A stretch of 64,000 nucleotides of DNA from Syntrophorhabdaceae bacterium (lineage in GTDB: Bacteria; Desulfobacterota; Syntrophorhabdia; Syntrophorhabdales; Syntrophorhabdaceae): assembly GCA_963666485.2 (NCBI GenBank), contig CAXXUO010000003.1:160001-224000 (forward strand). Reading direction: 5' to 3'. A program made the translations under genes and the position numbers. The notes under the pieces were generated by a model that was not told where the DNA came from, made no database searches, and saw only the letters and a list, made by a program, of their open reading frames with translations. Shown in pieces: positions 1 to 9,655 of this stretch; within the stretch, counting starts at the first letter, position 1; the number at the start of each line of letters is the position of its first letter.

Positions 1-641
1 CGTATGCCGTGATATCCGTGGGAGATACGGGACGCGGGATACCCGCTCCTCTCCTTGATAAGATCTTCGAGCCGTTCTTTACCACCGACGTCTCGGGTGA
101 GCGAAAAGGCCTGGGGTTAAGCGTCGTGCTGGGGATTGTCAAGCAGCATGGCGGGTTTGTCCTGTGCGAGAGTGAAGAAGGCGCGGGGGCCACCTTCAAG
201 GTCTATGTGCCCGTATCGTCTGAAATAGCGAAAGAGCAGAGATTCCTGGACGAGCAGGGCACCGGCGGCGCGGAGACCATCCTGATCGGCGAGGATGAAG
301 AGGCGTTGAGGCAGATCATGTCGGAGTACCTTGGCCTGCTCGGGTACCGCGTTATCGTGGCCGAGGACGGACGGGAGGCCCTTAACGCGTTTCGGGCGAG
401 GTCCGATGAGATAGACATCGTCCTTTTGGATATCGCGATGCCGGGTATGGGAGGGTTTGATGTTTACCACGGGGTCAGGGAACTCGTGCCTGACGTTCCC
501 GTTATATTCATGACAGGATACAACCTCGAGGCCGTCAATCTCAAGGCGACGACCGGCAAGGGCATAAACGCCATCCGTAAACCCTTCACTATGGTAGCGC
601 TGGCACGGAAGATACGGGGGGTCCTGGACGAAAAGGCGTAA
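1..641 (+). CDS. Hybrid sensor histidine kinase/response regulator, C-terminal part (HATPase_c + REC); 5' end outside window
   Basis: DTGRGI...IFEPFFTT...GLGLSVV ATPase boxes followed by a receiver domain (EDEE, LLDIAMP, KPF). Confidence 0.9.
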   Translation, partial: YAVISVGDTGRGIPAPLLDKIFEPFFTTDVSGERKGLGLSVVLGIVKQHGGFVLCESEEGAGATFKVYVPVSSEIAKEQRFLDEQGTGGAETILIGEDEEALRQIMSEYLGLLGYRVIVAEDGREALNAFRARSDEIDIVLLDIAMPGMGGFDVYHGVRELVPDVPVIFMTGYNLEAVNLKATTGKGINAIRKPFTMVALARKIRGVLDEKA

Positions 642-703
642 GGCGTAAGGCTTCGCTTCACCTGTCAAGAATTTTTAAAAAAATCGTAGGCCGCAGCTAA
701 AAA

Positions 704-849
704 CTTCCCGATACCAGATATATTTCCCGAAAACATTCCCCGTTAGCCGTTAGCCGTACGCCGTTAGCCGTTTTTTCTTCCCGATACCAGATATATTTCC
801 CGAAAACATTCCCCGTTAGCCGTTAGCCGTACGCCGTTAGCCGATTTTT
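704..849. repeat. 73-bp tandem duplication containing GCCGTTA-type heptamer repeats
   Basis: CTTCCCGATACCAGATATATTTCCCGAAAACATTCCCCGTTAGCCGTTAGCCGTACGCCGTTAGCCG starts at both 704 and 777, between convergent genes. Confidence 0.95.
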
Positions 850-852
850 TAA

Positions 853-2475
853 CTATAGCTGTATTTCCGTCGCCTCTATCATCCCGTCTATGGCGCGGAT
901 GTGCTTGAGCACGTCCGGTCCTATGGGGGAGTCGACGGAGATAAAGGCGACCTCTTCCCCGCTGACTATGCGGGACAGGCTGAAGCTTGCGATATTTATC
1001 CCGTGATCGCCGAGGATGGTGCCGACCGTACCGATGACCCCCGGCCTGTCGATTATCCTGAACGCGAGGAACGTGCCTTCGGGCACCATGTCGAGGTGAA
1101 ACCGGTCAAGAAGTACGATCCGCCCGAGCTTGTCAGGGAAGACAGTGCCGGCTATCGTGATCTCCTGGGCATCCGTTTTCAGTTTGAAGATGATGAGGTC
1201 GTTAAATTTATCGAAGGCGTCGGTTTTCGACTCTTCGACCACGATGTTCCGGTCCTTGGCAAGGTAGGGGGCATTGATGTACGTTACCGAGCCCTGCAGG
1301 CATACCTTGAGAAAACCCTGGATACCGGCGATCGTAAATGGCTGGTAGCTGAACGGAACGTCAAATTTACGCTCAGTGAGGTCATCTTCGAAGTTCTTCC
1401 CGACCATGATGACATTTATCTTTTCCGGGCGGCCCTTGGTTATCTGTGCCGCCAGTTTTCCGATCTTTTCGGCAACCTGGAAATACAACCGGAGGTGATC
1501 GGGGAGCAGGGACGTCATGAACGGTATGTTGACGCCGTGCTGATACGGCCTCCCGTGGAGTGCGTTCAGGACCTGCTCAGCGATGATCGCCGACACGGCC
1601 TTCTGGCCCTCGGCGGTGTTCGCCCCTATGTGCGGGGTGACAAAAACGTTCTCAAGTTCGAGGAATTTCGCATTTGTCGGCGGTTCATCGACGAACACAT
1701 CAACGCCTGCGGCAAATATCTTGCCTGACGCCATGCAGGTGTACAGGTCATCTTCGTTGACGATCCCGCCCCGGGCGCAATTGACGAGGATGACACTGTC
1801 CTTCATGAGCGCAAGCTTGTCCGCGGTGATCATATTCTTTGTTATTGAGGTCAGCGGCGTATGGATAGTGATCACGTCAGCCGTTTTCAAGAGGTCGTCG
1901 AGATTATCGTAGAGCGTCACACTCAAGGATTCTGCTTTACTTTGCTTAATGTAGGGGTCATACGCGATAACCTTCATCCCGAAAGCCCGGGCACGGATCG
2001 CGACATTGCTTCCGATGCGCCCCAAGCCTATGATGCCGAGCGTCTTGTTATAAAGCTCGATCCCCATGAATTTTTTTCTATCCCATTTCCCGTCTTTCAG
2101 GGAATTGTTTGCGAGAGGTATCTTCCGGGCGGCCGCGAGTATCTGCCCCATGGTGAGTTCGGTCGCGGCAAGCGTGTTCCCGGTCGGGGCGTTGAGGACG
2201 ATGAGCCCCTTCTTGCTTGCAGCTTCGATATCGATATTGTCCACCCCGACACCGGCGCGGCCGATGATCTTCAGACGGCCGGGATTTGCTATGAGGTCTT
2301 CTTTTATCGTCGTACCGCTTCGGGTTATGATGGCGTCATAATTGCCGATGATCTTTTTGAGCTCATCGATCTTGATGCCCGCCTGTATGTCGATCTTGAC
2401 CTCACTGTCAGCCGCGAGTATTTTGAGCCCTTCTTCGGCGAGGTGGTCAGTAACCAGAATCTTGAATTTTTCCAT
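853..2475 (-). CDS. serA: D-3-phosphoglycerate dehydrogenase
   Basis: GRAGVGVDNID, GLGRIG NAD-binding motif, NCARGG, TPHIGA, C-terminal ACT domain (DRPGVIG). Confidence 0.95.
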   Translation of the reverse strand: MEKFKILVTDHLAEEGLKILAADSEVKIDIQAGIKIDELKKIIGNYDAIITRSGTTIKEDLIANPGRLKIIGRAGVGVDNIDIEAASKKGLIVLNAPTGNTLAATELTMGQILAAARKIPLANNSLKDGKWDRKKFMGIELYNKTLGIIGLGRIGSNVAIRARAFGMKVIAYDPYIKQSKAESLSVTLYDNLDDLLKTADVITIHTPLTSITKNMITADKLALMKDSVILVNCARGGIVNEDDLYTCMASGKIFAAGVDVFVDEPPTNAKFLELENVFVTPHIGANTAEGQKAVSAIIAEQVLNALHGRPYQHGVNIPFMTSLLPDHLRLYFQVAEKIGKLAAQITKGRPEKINVIMVGKNFEDDLTERKFDVPFSYQPFTIAGIQGFLKVCLQGSVTYINAPYLAKDRNIVVEESKTDAFDKFNDLIIFKLKTDAQEITIAGTVFPDKLGRIVLLDRFHLDMVPEGTFLAFRIIDRPGVIGTVGTILGDHGINIASFSLSRIVSGEEVAFISVDSPIGPDVLKHIRAIDGMIEATEIQL

Positions 2476-2715
2476 TGAAGTCCGCCTAAGGTATTATTTC
2501 TTGTAATATTATTAAGCTCATGTTATAGGTAACGACAGTAAAAGATACCACCCGTACCCAGAAAAAGCAACAGGACCTTGACTTGTGCAAAAGAACCAGA
2601 GTGCCAAAGATAACGTGACACCTGAGCCCGAAATTCTGAGAAAGAACAAAGCAATATCGTTTGCCCTCGACCCGATCGTGATCGACCCTCTTATTCTCAG
2701 TGCCAAATAGATATA

Positions 2716-4413
2716 ATGAGTACAGCCTGTTTTTGTGAGCCGAGAGGCAAGTGGACGCTGGCAGATTACGCGGGCCTGGCAATTCTCCTTGCCGCCGCAT
2801 CAGCGTTGTTTCTGCCGGGCATTTCGCTGAGGTCATTGTGGGGGTCCGAAGGACGCTGGGCGGTGGTTGCCCGGGAGATGATACAGTCCGGGAACTATTT
2901 TCTTCCCACCATCAACGGACAGGTCTATTTTGACAAGCCCCTCCTGAGCTACTGGGCGATCATCCCGTTTTCTCTGTCCACAGGGGTTACGGAAGCCACG
3001 GCGCGGCTTCCCGGGGCGTTGGCCGGCATTGCCACCGTGGGCCTGGTGTACGCCCTCGGCAGGAGGCTCTTTAACCGGGAGACCGGCTTTCTTGCCGGTT
3101 TTATTCTCCTCACCACGGTCATGTTCGGGTTCTGGTCCCGGACAGCTTCAGCGGAATTGCTCAATGTGCTCGCGATCTGGCTTATGCTGTGGCTCTTCGC
3201 CGCCGAAAGGAAAGGGTCTTTCGGCAGGTACCTGGCTTTTTATTGCATTGCCGCGGTGTCATCTTTCTGCAAAGGGCCGGTGGCTCCCGCCGTCGCACTC
3301 GCGACGGTCACGGTGCTTTCTCTTACGGAGACTGTCACAGACGTACGACGCGACGGTACGGCAGGTATCCGCACGTCATTTACCCGGCATTTTCACTGGA
3401 TACTTTCTCTGAAGGGGTTTTTCGCGGCATTATGCGGTCTCATCGTTTTTGGTCTTCTCCTCTTTTTGCCTGTTATCGTTACAGGTTCCCGTGATGCCGT
3501 GGAATTGATGTGGCGTGAGAATGTAACGCGTTTCGTCAGGCCTTTCGATCACGTGGAACCTTTTTATACCTACTTCAGGCACATCCCGGTATTCCTGCTT
3601 CCGTGGTCGCTCGTTGCCGCGGCGTCGATTATCTCGATGGGTAAATGGGAGGCGGGCCGGTCGCGGCGATGGCTCCTTTGCGTTACGATCGCGATCTTCA
3701 TGTTCTTTACCCTTTCAGGCTCCCGCAGGAGCTATTATATACTGCCGATAGTCCCGGCATTTGCCCTTATCACGGGACGGGCGCTCGCCCGGTTCCTGTA
3801 CGGGAATCACGAGAGGGACGCCATTGTTATGAAGTGGGCCGTTATTATAACGGGCCTCCTGGCGTTTCTCGCCGGTGTCGCAATGATCGGCGCCTATTTC
3901 CGTGGTGCGCAGTATCGCCATATCTCCGAGGTCATTCTGGGCCCGTTCATTATGGCCGCGGCTGCCCTGGCAATGTTTCTCCTGTGGAGACGGAGATTTA
4001 TTCCGGGCATCATTGTCACGTTCCTCGTTTTCTTCTCGGTTCTTTCGTGGGGTTATACGGCGGGCGGCGTGATCGGGGACAGGGCGAGAACGCTCAAGCC
4101 TTTCGCCGCGCAAGTAAAAAGTTGTCTTGAACGGGCCGATGGTACCAGCTTCGCATTGTACGGCGTGGGAAATTCATCCCTGATCTTTTACCTCGCCATG
4201 CCGGGACCGATAGAAACGATCAATGACGAGGCGACGGTCTGTACATACTTGAGCATGCCGCGTAGATACCTTTTGACAGAGGAATCCCTGGTTGACGGGA
4301 CTGTGCATAAATGCGGTCCCGGGAGCATGGTGCGGGTGCTGGCCCAGCCCGGGGAAGGAAAAAAGACGGACCGGGAGGGACTCGTTCTTTTGCGGGCAGG
4401 TAAGGGGTCGTAG
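2716..4413 (+). CDS. ArnT/PMT-family (GT39) integral membrane glycosyltransferase
   Basis: SEGRWAVVAREM...YFDKPLLSYW...ARLP motifs, many TM segments, RRSYYILP. Confidence 0.85.
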   Translation: MSTACFCEPRGKWTLADYAGLAILLAAASALFLPGISLRSLWGSEGRWAVVAREMIQSGNYFLPTINGQVYFDKPLLSYWAIIPFSLSTGVTEATARLPGALAGIATVGLVYALGRRLFNRETGFLAGFILLTTVMFGFWSRTASAELLNVLAIWLMLWLFAAERKGSFGRYLAFYCIAAVSSFCKGPVAPAVALATVTVLSLTETVTDVRRDGTAGIRTSFTRHFHWILSLKGFFAALCGLIVFGLLLFLPVIVTGSRDAVELMWRENVTRFVRPFDHVEPFYTYFRHIPVFLLPWSLVAAASIISMGKWEAGRSRRWLLCVTIAIFMFFTLSGSRRSYYILPIVPAFALITGRALARFLYGNHERDAIVMKWAVIITGLLAFLAGVAMIGAYFRGAQYRHISEVILGPFIMAAAALAMFLLWRRRFIPGIIVTFLVFFSVLSWGYTAGGVIGDRARTLKPFAAQVKSCLERADGTSFALYGVGNSSLIFYLAMPGPIETINDEATVCTYLSMPRRYLLTEESLVDGTVHKCGPGSMVRVLAQPGEGKKTDREGLVLLRAGKGS

Positions 4414-4449
4414 AAGGCCTTCCAACAAGCGTAAATCTCAAAGTTTTAC

Positions 4450-4478
4450 TTGACTTAGACCAACAGATATATTAAGTT
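4450..4478 (+). promoter_or_regulatory. sigma70-type promoter of rplM-rpsI-argC
   Basis: TTGACT-17 bp-TAAGTT about 30 bp upstream of rplM. Confidence 0.55.
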
Positions 4479-4508
4479 AAACAAATTTTTTTAAGGGTGA
4501 AAATGGTT

Positions 4509-4955
4509 ATGAAAACGTATTTTCCAAAAGAAGGCGAAGTTTCGAATGACTGGTATGTAATGAACGCAGAGGGCGTCGTGCTGGGACGGTTGGCCGCCAG
4601 GGTCGCAATGATCCTCAGGGGCAAGACGAAACCTGTTTTCACACCGCATGCAGACACCGGCGATTTTGTCATTATCGTCAATGCTGACAAAGTGAAGCTT
4701 ACAGGCTCCAAGCTTCTCAGCAAGACCTATCAGAAGCACAGCGGCTTTCCCGGCGGGCTGAGGGTTACGAACGCTAAAACAATGCTCGAAAAGAAGCCGG
4801 AAGAGGTCATATACCAGGCAGTGAAAGGCATGCTTCCCAAGAACACGCTTGGCAGGAAGATCCTGAAGAAATTGAAGGTCTATCGGGGCAGCGAGCATCC
4901 GCACAAAGCCCAGATGCCCAGGGAGATAACATTGAAGGAGGTACAAGGTGCCTGA
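4509..4955 (+). CDS. rplM: 50S ribosomal protein L13
   Basis: MKTY...LGRLA...LRGKTKPVFTPHADTGDFV...KGMLPKN...HPHKAQ; start could be 4503. Confidence 0.97.
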   Translation: MKTYFPKEGEVSNDWYVMNAEGVVLGRLAARVAMILRGKTKPVFTPHADTGDFVIIVNADKVKLTGSKLLSKTYQKHSGFPGGLRVTNAKTMLEKKPEEVIYQAVKGMLPKNTLGRKILKKLKVYRGSEHPHKAQMPREITLKEVQGA

Positions 4956-5340
4956 AAAGAGGTACTACGCAACAGGGAAAAGAAAGACCGCCGTGGCGCG
5001 GGTGTGGATAAAGCAGGGTTCCGGGGAATTCTTGATCAACGGCAGGCCGTTCGAAAATTATTTCCCTCTTGAAGAGCTCAGGCTTCAGGTCAATAAACCT
5101 TTCTTGCTGACAGGCAATGTTGGCAAGTTCGATGTTGTCGCGAACATATATGGCGGCGGAATTCCCGCACAGGCATGGGCGCTCGGTCACGGCATCGCGA
5201 AGGCGCTCCTCGAGGTCAACGCCGGTCTCAGAACGACCTTGAAGAAACAGGGCCTCATCACGAGGGACCCGAGGTCCAAGGAACGGAAGAAATACGGAAA
5301 GAAAGGCGCACGCGCCAGCTTCCAGTTCTCCAAGAGATAA
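4948..5340 (+). CDS. rpsI: 30S ribosomal protein S9
   Basis: ATGKRKTAVARV...ERKKYGKKGARASFQFSKR; GTG start. Confidence 0.97.
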   Translation: MPEKRYYATGKRKTAVARVWIKQGSGEFLINGRPFENYFPLEELRLQVNKPFLLTGNVGKFDVVANIYGGGIPAQAWALGHGIAKALLEVNAGLRTTLKKQGLITRDPRSKERKKYGKKGARASFQFSKR

Positions 5341-5344
5341 AATC

Positions 5345-6367
5345 ATGTACACTGTCGGAATTGTGGGAGCAACGGGCTATACAGGCGTTGTCCTGATGTC
5401 CTTGCTCCTCACTCATCCCGATGCAAAGATAACCCTCATCACGTCCAACACCTACCGGGGCCGCAAGATCTCCGATATTTTTCCTTTGTTCAAAGGCCGG
5501 TTCGAGGAAGTGCTCAAACCAACTGACGATGATCACAAAGGCGCATGCGACGTCTATTTCCTGTGCCTGCCTCACGGCACATCTATGCAGAAGGCCCGCG
5601 AACTATATGACGGCAAGGCCGTGATCGTGGACCTCAGCGCAGATTTCCGTTTCGAGGACAGGGCGATGTACGAAGGCGCCTATGTGCCCCACACCGCACC
5701 GGAATTGATAGCCGAGGCAGTCTTCGGGCTTCCCGAATTATACAGGGCATCTATCGCGGGAAAGAAATTGATCGGCAACCCGGGATGCTACCCGACCTCG
5801 GCAATTCTCGCGCTCTATCCTTTGATCAAGAATGCAATGCTCACGGGCGACATATTCATCGATTCGAAATCGGGCGTGAGCGGCGCGGGCAGGGAAGGGA
5901 AAATAGGGAGCCTGTTCTGTGAGGTCTCCGAAGGGTTCCGCGCATACAATGTGGGCGTGCACAGGCATGAGCCGGAGATCCAGAAGGAAGTGAACAAGTA
6001 CGTCCCGCAGAGGATCTCGTTCGTCCCGCATCTCGTACCGATGTCCCGCGGCATTCTCACGACCGTCTACGGGAGGCTTTCCTGCGGGGCAAAGACCGCG
6101 GATGTGATCGCCCTCTACCGTGACACGTATAAGAACGATCATTTCGTCCGGATCATGGACGAGAACATATACCCCGACACCCGGTTCGTCAGGTTCTCCA
6201 ACTACTGCGATATCGGCCTCAAGGTACTTGGCGACGGCAGGGTGATCATCATCTCCACGATAGATAACCTTGTTAAGGGCGCCTCCGGCCAGGCCCTCCA
6301 GAACATGAACGCGGCACTGGGGATGGATGAGACGATGGGACTTTCCGCCGTTCCGCAGTATCCGTAA
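5345..6367 (+). CDS. argC: N-acetyl-gamma-glutamyl-phosphate reductase
   Basis: GATGYTG, DLSADFR, NPGCYPT, SGVSGAG, DNLVKGASGQA motifs. Confidence 0.96.
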   Translation: MYTVGIVGATGYTGVVLMSLLLTHPDAKITLITSNTYRGRKISDIFPLFKGRFEEVLKPTDDDHKGACDVYFLCLPHGTSMQKARELYDGKAVIVDLSADFRFEDRAMYEGAYVPHTAPELIAEAVFGLPELYRASIAGKKLIGNPGCYPTSAILALYPLIKNAMLTGDIFIDSKSGVSGAGREGKIGSLFCEVSEGFRAYNVGVHRHEPEIQKEVNKYVPQRISFVPHLVPMSRGILTTVYGRLSCGAKTADVIALYRDTYKNDHFVRIMDENIYPDTRFVRFSNYCDIGLKVLGDGRVIIISTIDNLVKGASGQALQNMNAALGMDETMGLSAVPQYP

Positions 6368-6373
6368 AAAAAT

Positions 6374-6511
6374 AGTTCAAGGTTCAAAGTTCAAGGTTCA
6401 AAGTTAAAAAACCTCCCAATAAATCTGGAATTTCCTACTTTAGGAGAAAACACGTTTTAATTTTCAGGAGGGATTCTTTTACCTTGAACCTTGAACTTTG
6501 AACCTTGAACT
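6374..6511. repeat. 28-bp perfect inverted repeat built from (A/G)GTTCAA heptamers around an 82-bp spacer
   Basis: 6374-6401 AGTTCAAGGTTCAAAGTTCAAGGTTCAA is the exact reverse complement of 6484-6511. Confidence 0.92.
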
Positions 6512-6515
6512 GTTT

Positions 6516-7493
6516 TTATCCTTCTTCCTCTTCCATTTTCCGTATGTCTTTGATGTGCAAATGCTGCTTTATGATGAATATGAAACCGAGGATGTTGTAC
6601 GGGATGTACCATGACGCGTGAAAGAAGATCGCGACTGCGAAGGCTTCGTACTTCGGCACCCCGAAAATGCCGAGCAGCGTGACCAGGAGAAACTCGTACA
6701 CGCCGATATACCCGGGTGACGACGGGACGGCGAGGCCCATTTGGAGGATGGCGCACACGAAGGGCACGTAGGCGAAGGGCAGTGACACCCCGAAAGTCTT
6801 CAGTGAGAAATAAAGGGCCATTGCCATGGAGAACCAGTTGGCAAGGGTGAGGACGACGAAAAGGGAAAGCCTGCCCGGCGTTCGGATGCGGCGCAGGTTT
6901 TCGTGTATCTCCGAGATCCGTTTCGCCAGTTTATTGAGTAGCGGCTTCGGGTGGCGGTGCAGGTAGCCGGTGATCGTTTCGGCGACTTTCTCCTGGCTTA
7001 TCGCGAAAAGCATCAGGACGCAGATGGAAAAGATGACGACCAGGGCGTACAAAGCCTTTGATACGAAAGCGGGAAGGGCCTGGCCGGGAAAGAAAATAAA
7101 CGTGATCAGGAGGAGCCCCAGAAGGTCGAACACCCGGTCGATGAAAACCGTAGATACGGCGTATGTGAAGGGGACGCCTATGCGCTTCGACAGGGCATAC
7201 CCCCGTGCCACCTCGCCGATGCGGGCCGGCAGTACGTTGTTGATGAAAAGGCCGATGAGAAGGGCCATGAACGCGTCCGGGAAGCGTGTGTTGTAGCCGA
7301 CCACCCGCATCCATCTCAAGGTACACAATGAAATGGAGGTCATGATGAAGACAAGGGGAAGGAAGGCGTACGCTATATCGGCCCGCTTTATCGTTTCGGC
7401 AAACTGACGGTAGTCGATACCCCGCAGCGAAAGATACAGAAGAATGATGCTGATAATGAATCCGGCAATTGTAAAAAGTCTGTGCTTTTTCAT
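6516..7493 (-). CDS. Lysylphosphatidylglycerol-synthase TM domain / flippase-like (UPF0104) membrane protein
   Basis: NNVLPARIGEVAR, DRVFD, PSSPGYIGVYE motifs; ATG overlaps the upstream stop (ATGA). Confidence 0.85.
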   Translation of the reverse strand: MKKHRLFTIAGFIISIILLYLSLRGIDYRQFAETIKRADIAYAFLPLVFIMTSISLCTLRWMRVVGYNTRFPDAFMALLIGLFINNVLPARIGEVARGYALSKRIGVPFTYAVSTVFIDRVFDLLGLLLITFIFFPGQALPAFVSKALYALVVIFSICVLMLFAISQEKVAETITGYLHRHPKPLLNKLAKRISEIHENLRRIRTPGRLSLFVVLTLANWFSMAMALYFSLKTFGVSLPFAYVPFVCAILQMGLAVPSSPGYIGVYEFLLVTLLGIFGVPKYEAFAVAIFFHASWYIPYNILGFIFIIKQHLHIKDIRKMEEEEG

Positions 7494-8371
7494 TTTGTAT
7501 AATTGGTTATGTAAATTCCGCCGCATACCATAGCGAGTCCTGCTATAAGGCCGAGCGTGACCTGCTCATGTTGTATAAGGACGGCAAACAGCACGCCGAA
7601 AACGGGGGTCAAAAAAGTAAAAGCCGACAGTCTCGCAACGGGATAATCGTGGATCAGTTTAAACCATGCAAAATACGAAATAAAGGCGATGATCACCGAC
7701 TGGAAAACGAGAGAGCCTATTTCGGGCGCTCCGGGCGCCTTGATCCATTGGGATTCCAGGAAATAGGAGCACAGGAAGAGGACGGGTACCGAGAAAACAA
7801 GCTGGTAAAGGAATGTATTGATCGGATGCATCTTCACGGCAAGATATTTTTTTATGTAAAGGGTCGTTGCGCCCCAGATAAAAGCCGCAGCGATCTCGAG
7901 CAGGTCCCCGGTCAACATGGCACGGTTGTAATGCGGTGGTTTCCCGTAGAAGACGCTTACGAGTCCGCCGAATGCGAGTACCAGGCCCGCCCATTTGAGG
8001 AGATTCAAACGTTCGCCGAGAAATAAATGGGCGCCTGCAGCAACGACAAAAGGTGAGAGATAGACGAAGATCACCGCCCGTGCGGCATCGGTGAAGAGCA
8101 TGCCAAGGTACAGGAACGCGAACTCGAGGCCGAACAGTATCCCGACGACGAGTCCGTGGACGAGGAGCATGCCGCGATGGTACAGGCTCTGCCGTATCAC
8201 GAGGCAGTACCCGATACCCAGAAGGGAGGCTATGATGGACCGGACAAAGGACGTGAATATAGGGGAAAATCCCGCGTTCGTGATCTTGATGGCGGAGTAA
8301 TTCGATCCCCACAGGAGGGTGATAACCAGAATGGCTATAAATCCCTTTATATCGATATGGTCGGTTTTCAT
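7490..8371 (-). CDS. EamA/DMT family transporter
   Basis: Ten TM segments in two repeats; LWGSN, FLGERL, FTFLTPVFGV. Confidence 0.9.
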   Translation of the reverse strand: MKTDHIDIKGFIAILVITLLWGSNYSAIKITNAGFSPIFTSFVRSIIASLLGIGYCLVIRQSLYHRGMLLVHGLVVGILFGLEFAFLYLGMLFTDAARAVIFVYLSPFVVAAGAHLFLGERLNLLKWAGLVLAFGGLVSVFYGKPPHYNRAMLTGDLLEIAAAFIWGATTLYIKKYLAVKMHPINTFLYQLVFSVPVLFLCSYFLESQWIKAPGAPEIGSLVFQSVIIAFISYFAWFKLIHDYPVARLSAFTFLTPVFGVLFAVLIQHEQVTLGLIAGLAMVCGGIYITNYTK

Positions 8372-8536
8372 TATAATAATGACCCATGTTTTATAAGGAT
8401 AACCGAATTATGTCAAGCAAATTAACTCCTTGATATATAAGGCCTGGAATGGCATTGACAGAGGGTTTTCCTTGACAATCAGATAGGATATTTGTTTCTA
8501 TTTAACAGCAAAATCAAGATCAACACGGAGCTTTCG

Positions 8537-9523
8537 ATGAAAAAAACTGCAATTGTCGGGACGGGTTCTTTCGTGCCTGAACATATCATGACAAATTTCG
8601 ATATTGAGAAATTCCTCGACACGACAGACGAGTGGATATTCACCCGGACAGGCATCAAAGAGCGAAGGATCGCAGATAAGGACGAGGCCACGTCCGACCT
8701 TTGCAAGGTGGCATCCGAGCGGGCCCTCGAGACCGCAGGCATGAAGGCGGAGGATATCGACCTCCTTATCCTGGCGACGATCACCCCCGACACGCATTGC
8801 CCGGCAGGTTCCAACTGGCTCGAGGCGAAACTGGGATGCACCAACGCCGTGTCCTTTGACGTGACCGCGGCATGCTCCGGTTTTCTTTTTGCACTCCATG
8901 TTGCGGACAACATGATAAAGTCAGGTGCCAACAAGAGAGCGCTTGTCGTCGCCGGCGAGATCATGAGCCGGGTGGTAAACTGGAAAGAGCGGGAAAGCTG
9001 TATCCTGTGGGGCGATGGCGCCGGTGCGGCCGTCGTTACAGAGTCGGATAACGGTGCCCGGATCATGTCGACGCATATCCACACAGACGGGCCGGCCGGC
9101 GATACGCTCCTCATGCCCGGCGGCGGGTCGAAAACAACGCCGATCTCCTATGAGAGCGTCGACAAGGGCCTTCATTTCCTCAAGATGATAGAGGCCAATA
9201 AATCATTCAAGGTTGCCGTTACACGCTTCGCTGAGGCAAGCGAGGAAGCCGCTGCAGCCAATGGCTACACGATCGAAGACGTCGACCTTATCATCCCTCA
9301 CCAGGCGAACCTGAGGATACTCCAGGGAGTCGCAAAGAAGCTCGCCGTCCCGATGGAAAAGATCTACATGACGATCCAGAAATACGGAAACATCTCATCA
9401 GCAACCGTTCCGATAGCCCTTGACGAAGCCGTCCGTGACGGCTCTATCAAAAAGGGCTCGCTGGTACTGCTCACCGCGTTCGGCGGAGGGCTTACCTGGG
9501 GCTCGAGCCTCCTGCGCTGGTAA
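8537..9523 (+). CDS. fabH: 3-oxoacyl-ACP synthase III
   Basis: DTTDEWIFTRTGIKERR, AACSGF, GDGAGA, PHQAN, GNISSA, FGGGLTWG. Confidence 0.95.
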   Translation: MKKTAIVGTGSFVPEHIMTNFDIEKFLDTTDEWIFTRTGIKERRIADKDEATSDLCKVASERALETAGMKAEDIDLLILATITPDTHCPAGSNWLEAKLGCTNAVSFDVTAACSGFLFALHVADNMIKSGANKRALVVAGEIMSRVVNWKERESCILWGDGAGAAVVTESDNGARIMSTHIHTDGPAGDTLLMPGGGSKTTPISYESVDKGLHFLKMIEANKSFKVAVTRFAEASEEAAAANGYTIEDVDLIIPHQANLRILQGVAKKLAVPMEKIYMTIQKYGNISSATVPIALDEAVRDGSIKKGSLVLLTAFGGGLTWGSSLLRW

Positions 9524-9526
9524 CGG

Positions 9527-9555
9527 TTTACATTTGAAATAAAAATATTTAGAAT
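9527..9555 (+). promoter_or_regulatory. sigma70-type promoter of tRNA-Ser
   Basis: TTTACA-17 bp-TAGAAT ending 10 bp before the tRNA. Confidence 0.6.
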
Positions 9556-9565
9556 AATCAATCCC

Positions 9566-9655
9566 GGAGGGATGGCTGAGCGGCCGAAAGCGGCGGTCTT
9601 GAAAACCGTTGGGCATGCAAGTGCCCCGTGGGTTCGAATCCTACTCCCTCCGCCA
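9566..9655 (+). tRNA. tRNA-Ser (anticodon TGA)
   Basis: GGAGGGA/TCCCTCC acceptor stem, CTTGAAA anticodon loop, long variable arm, GGTTCGAATCC, encoded CCA. Confidence 0.97.

Noticed and set aside
704..849. Possible CRISPR array
   Set aside because: Only two adjacent near-identical units, no unique spacers and no cas genes; no CRISPR array was seen in the window.
901..2478. Long plus-strand ORFs opposite serA, and similar antisense ORFs over ArnT, cheA, MCP and the PAS genes
   Set aside because: Shadow ORFs of GC-rich coding strands with no recognisable motifs.
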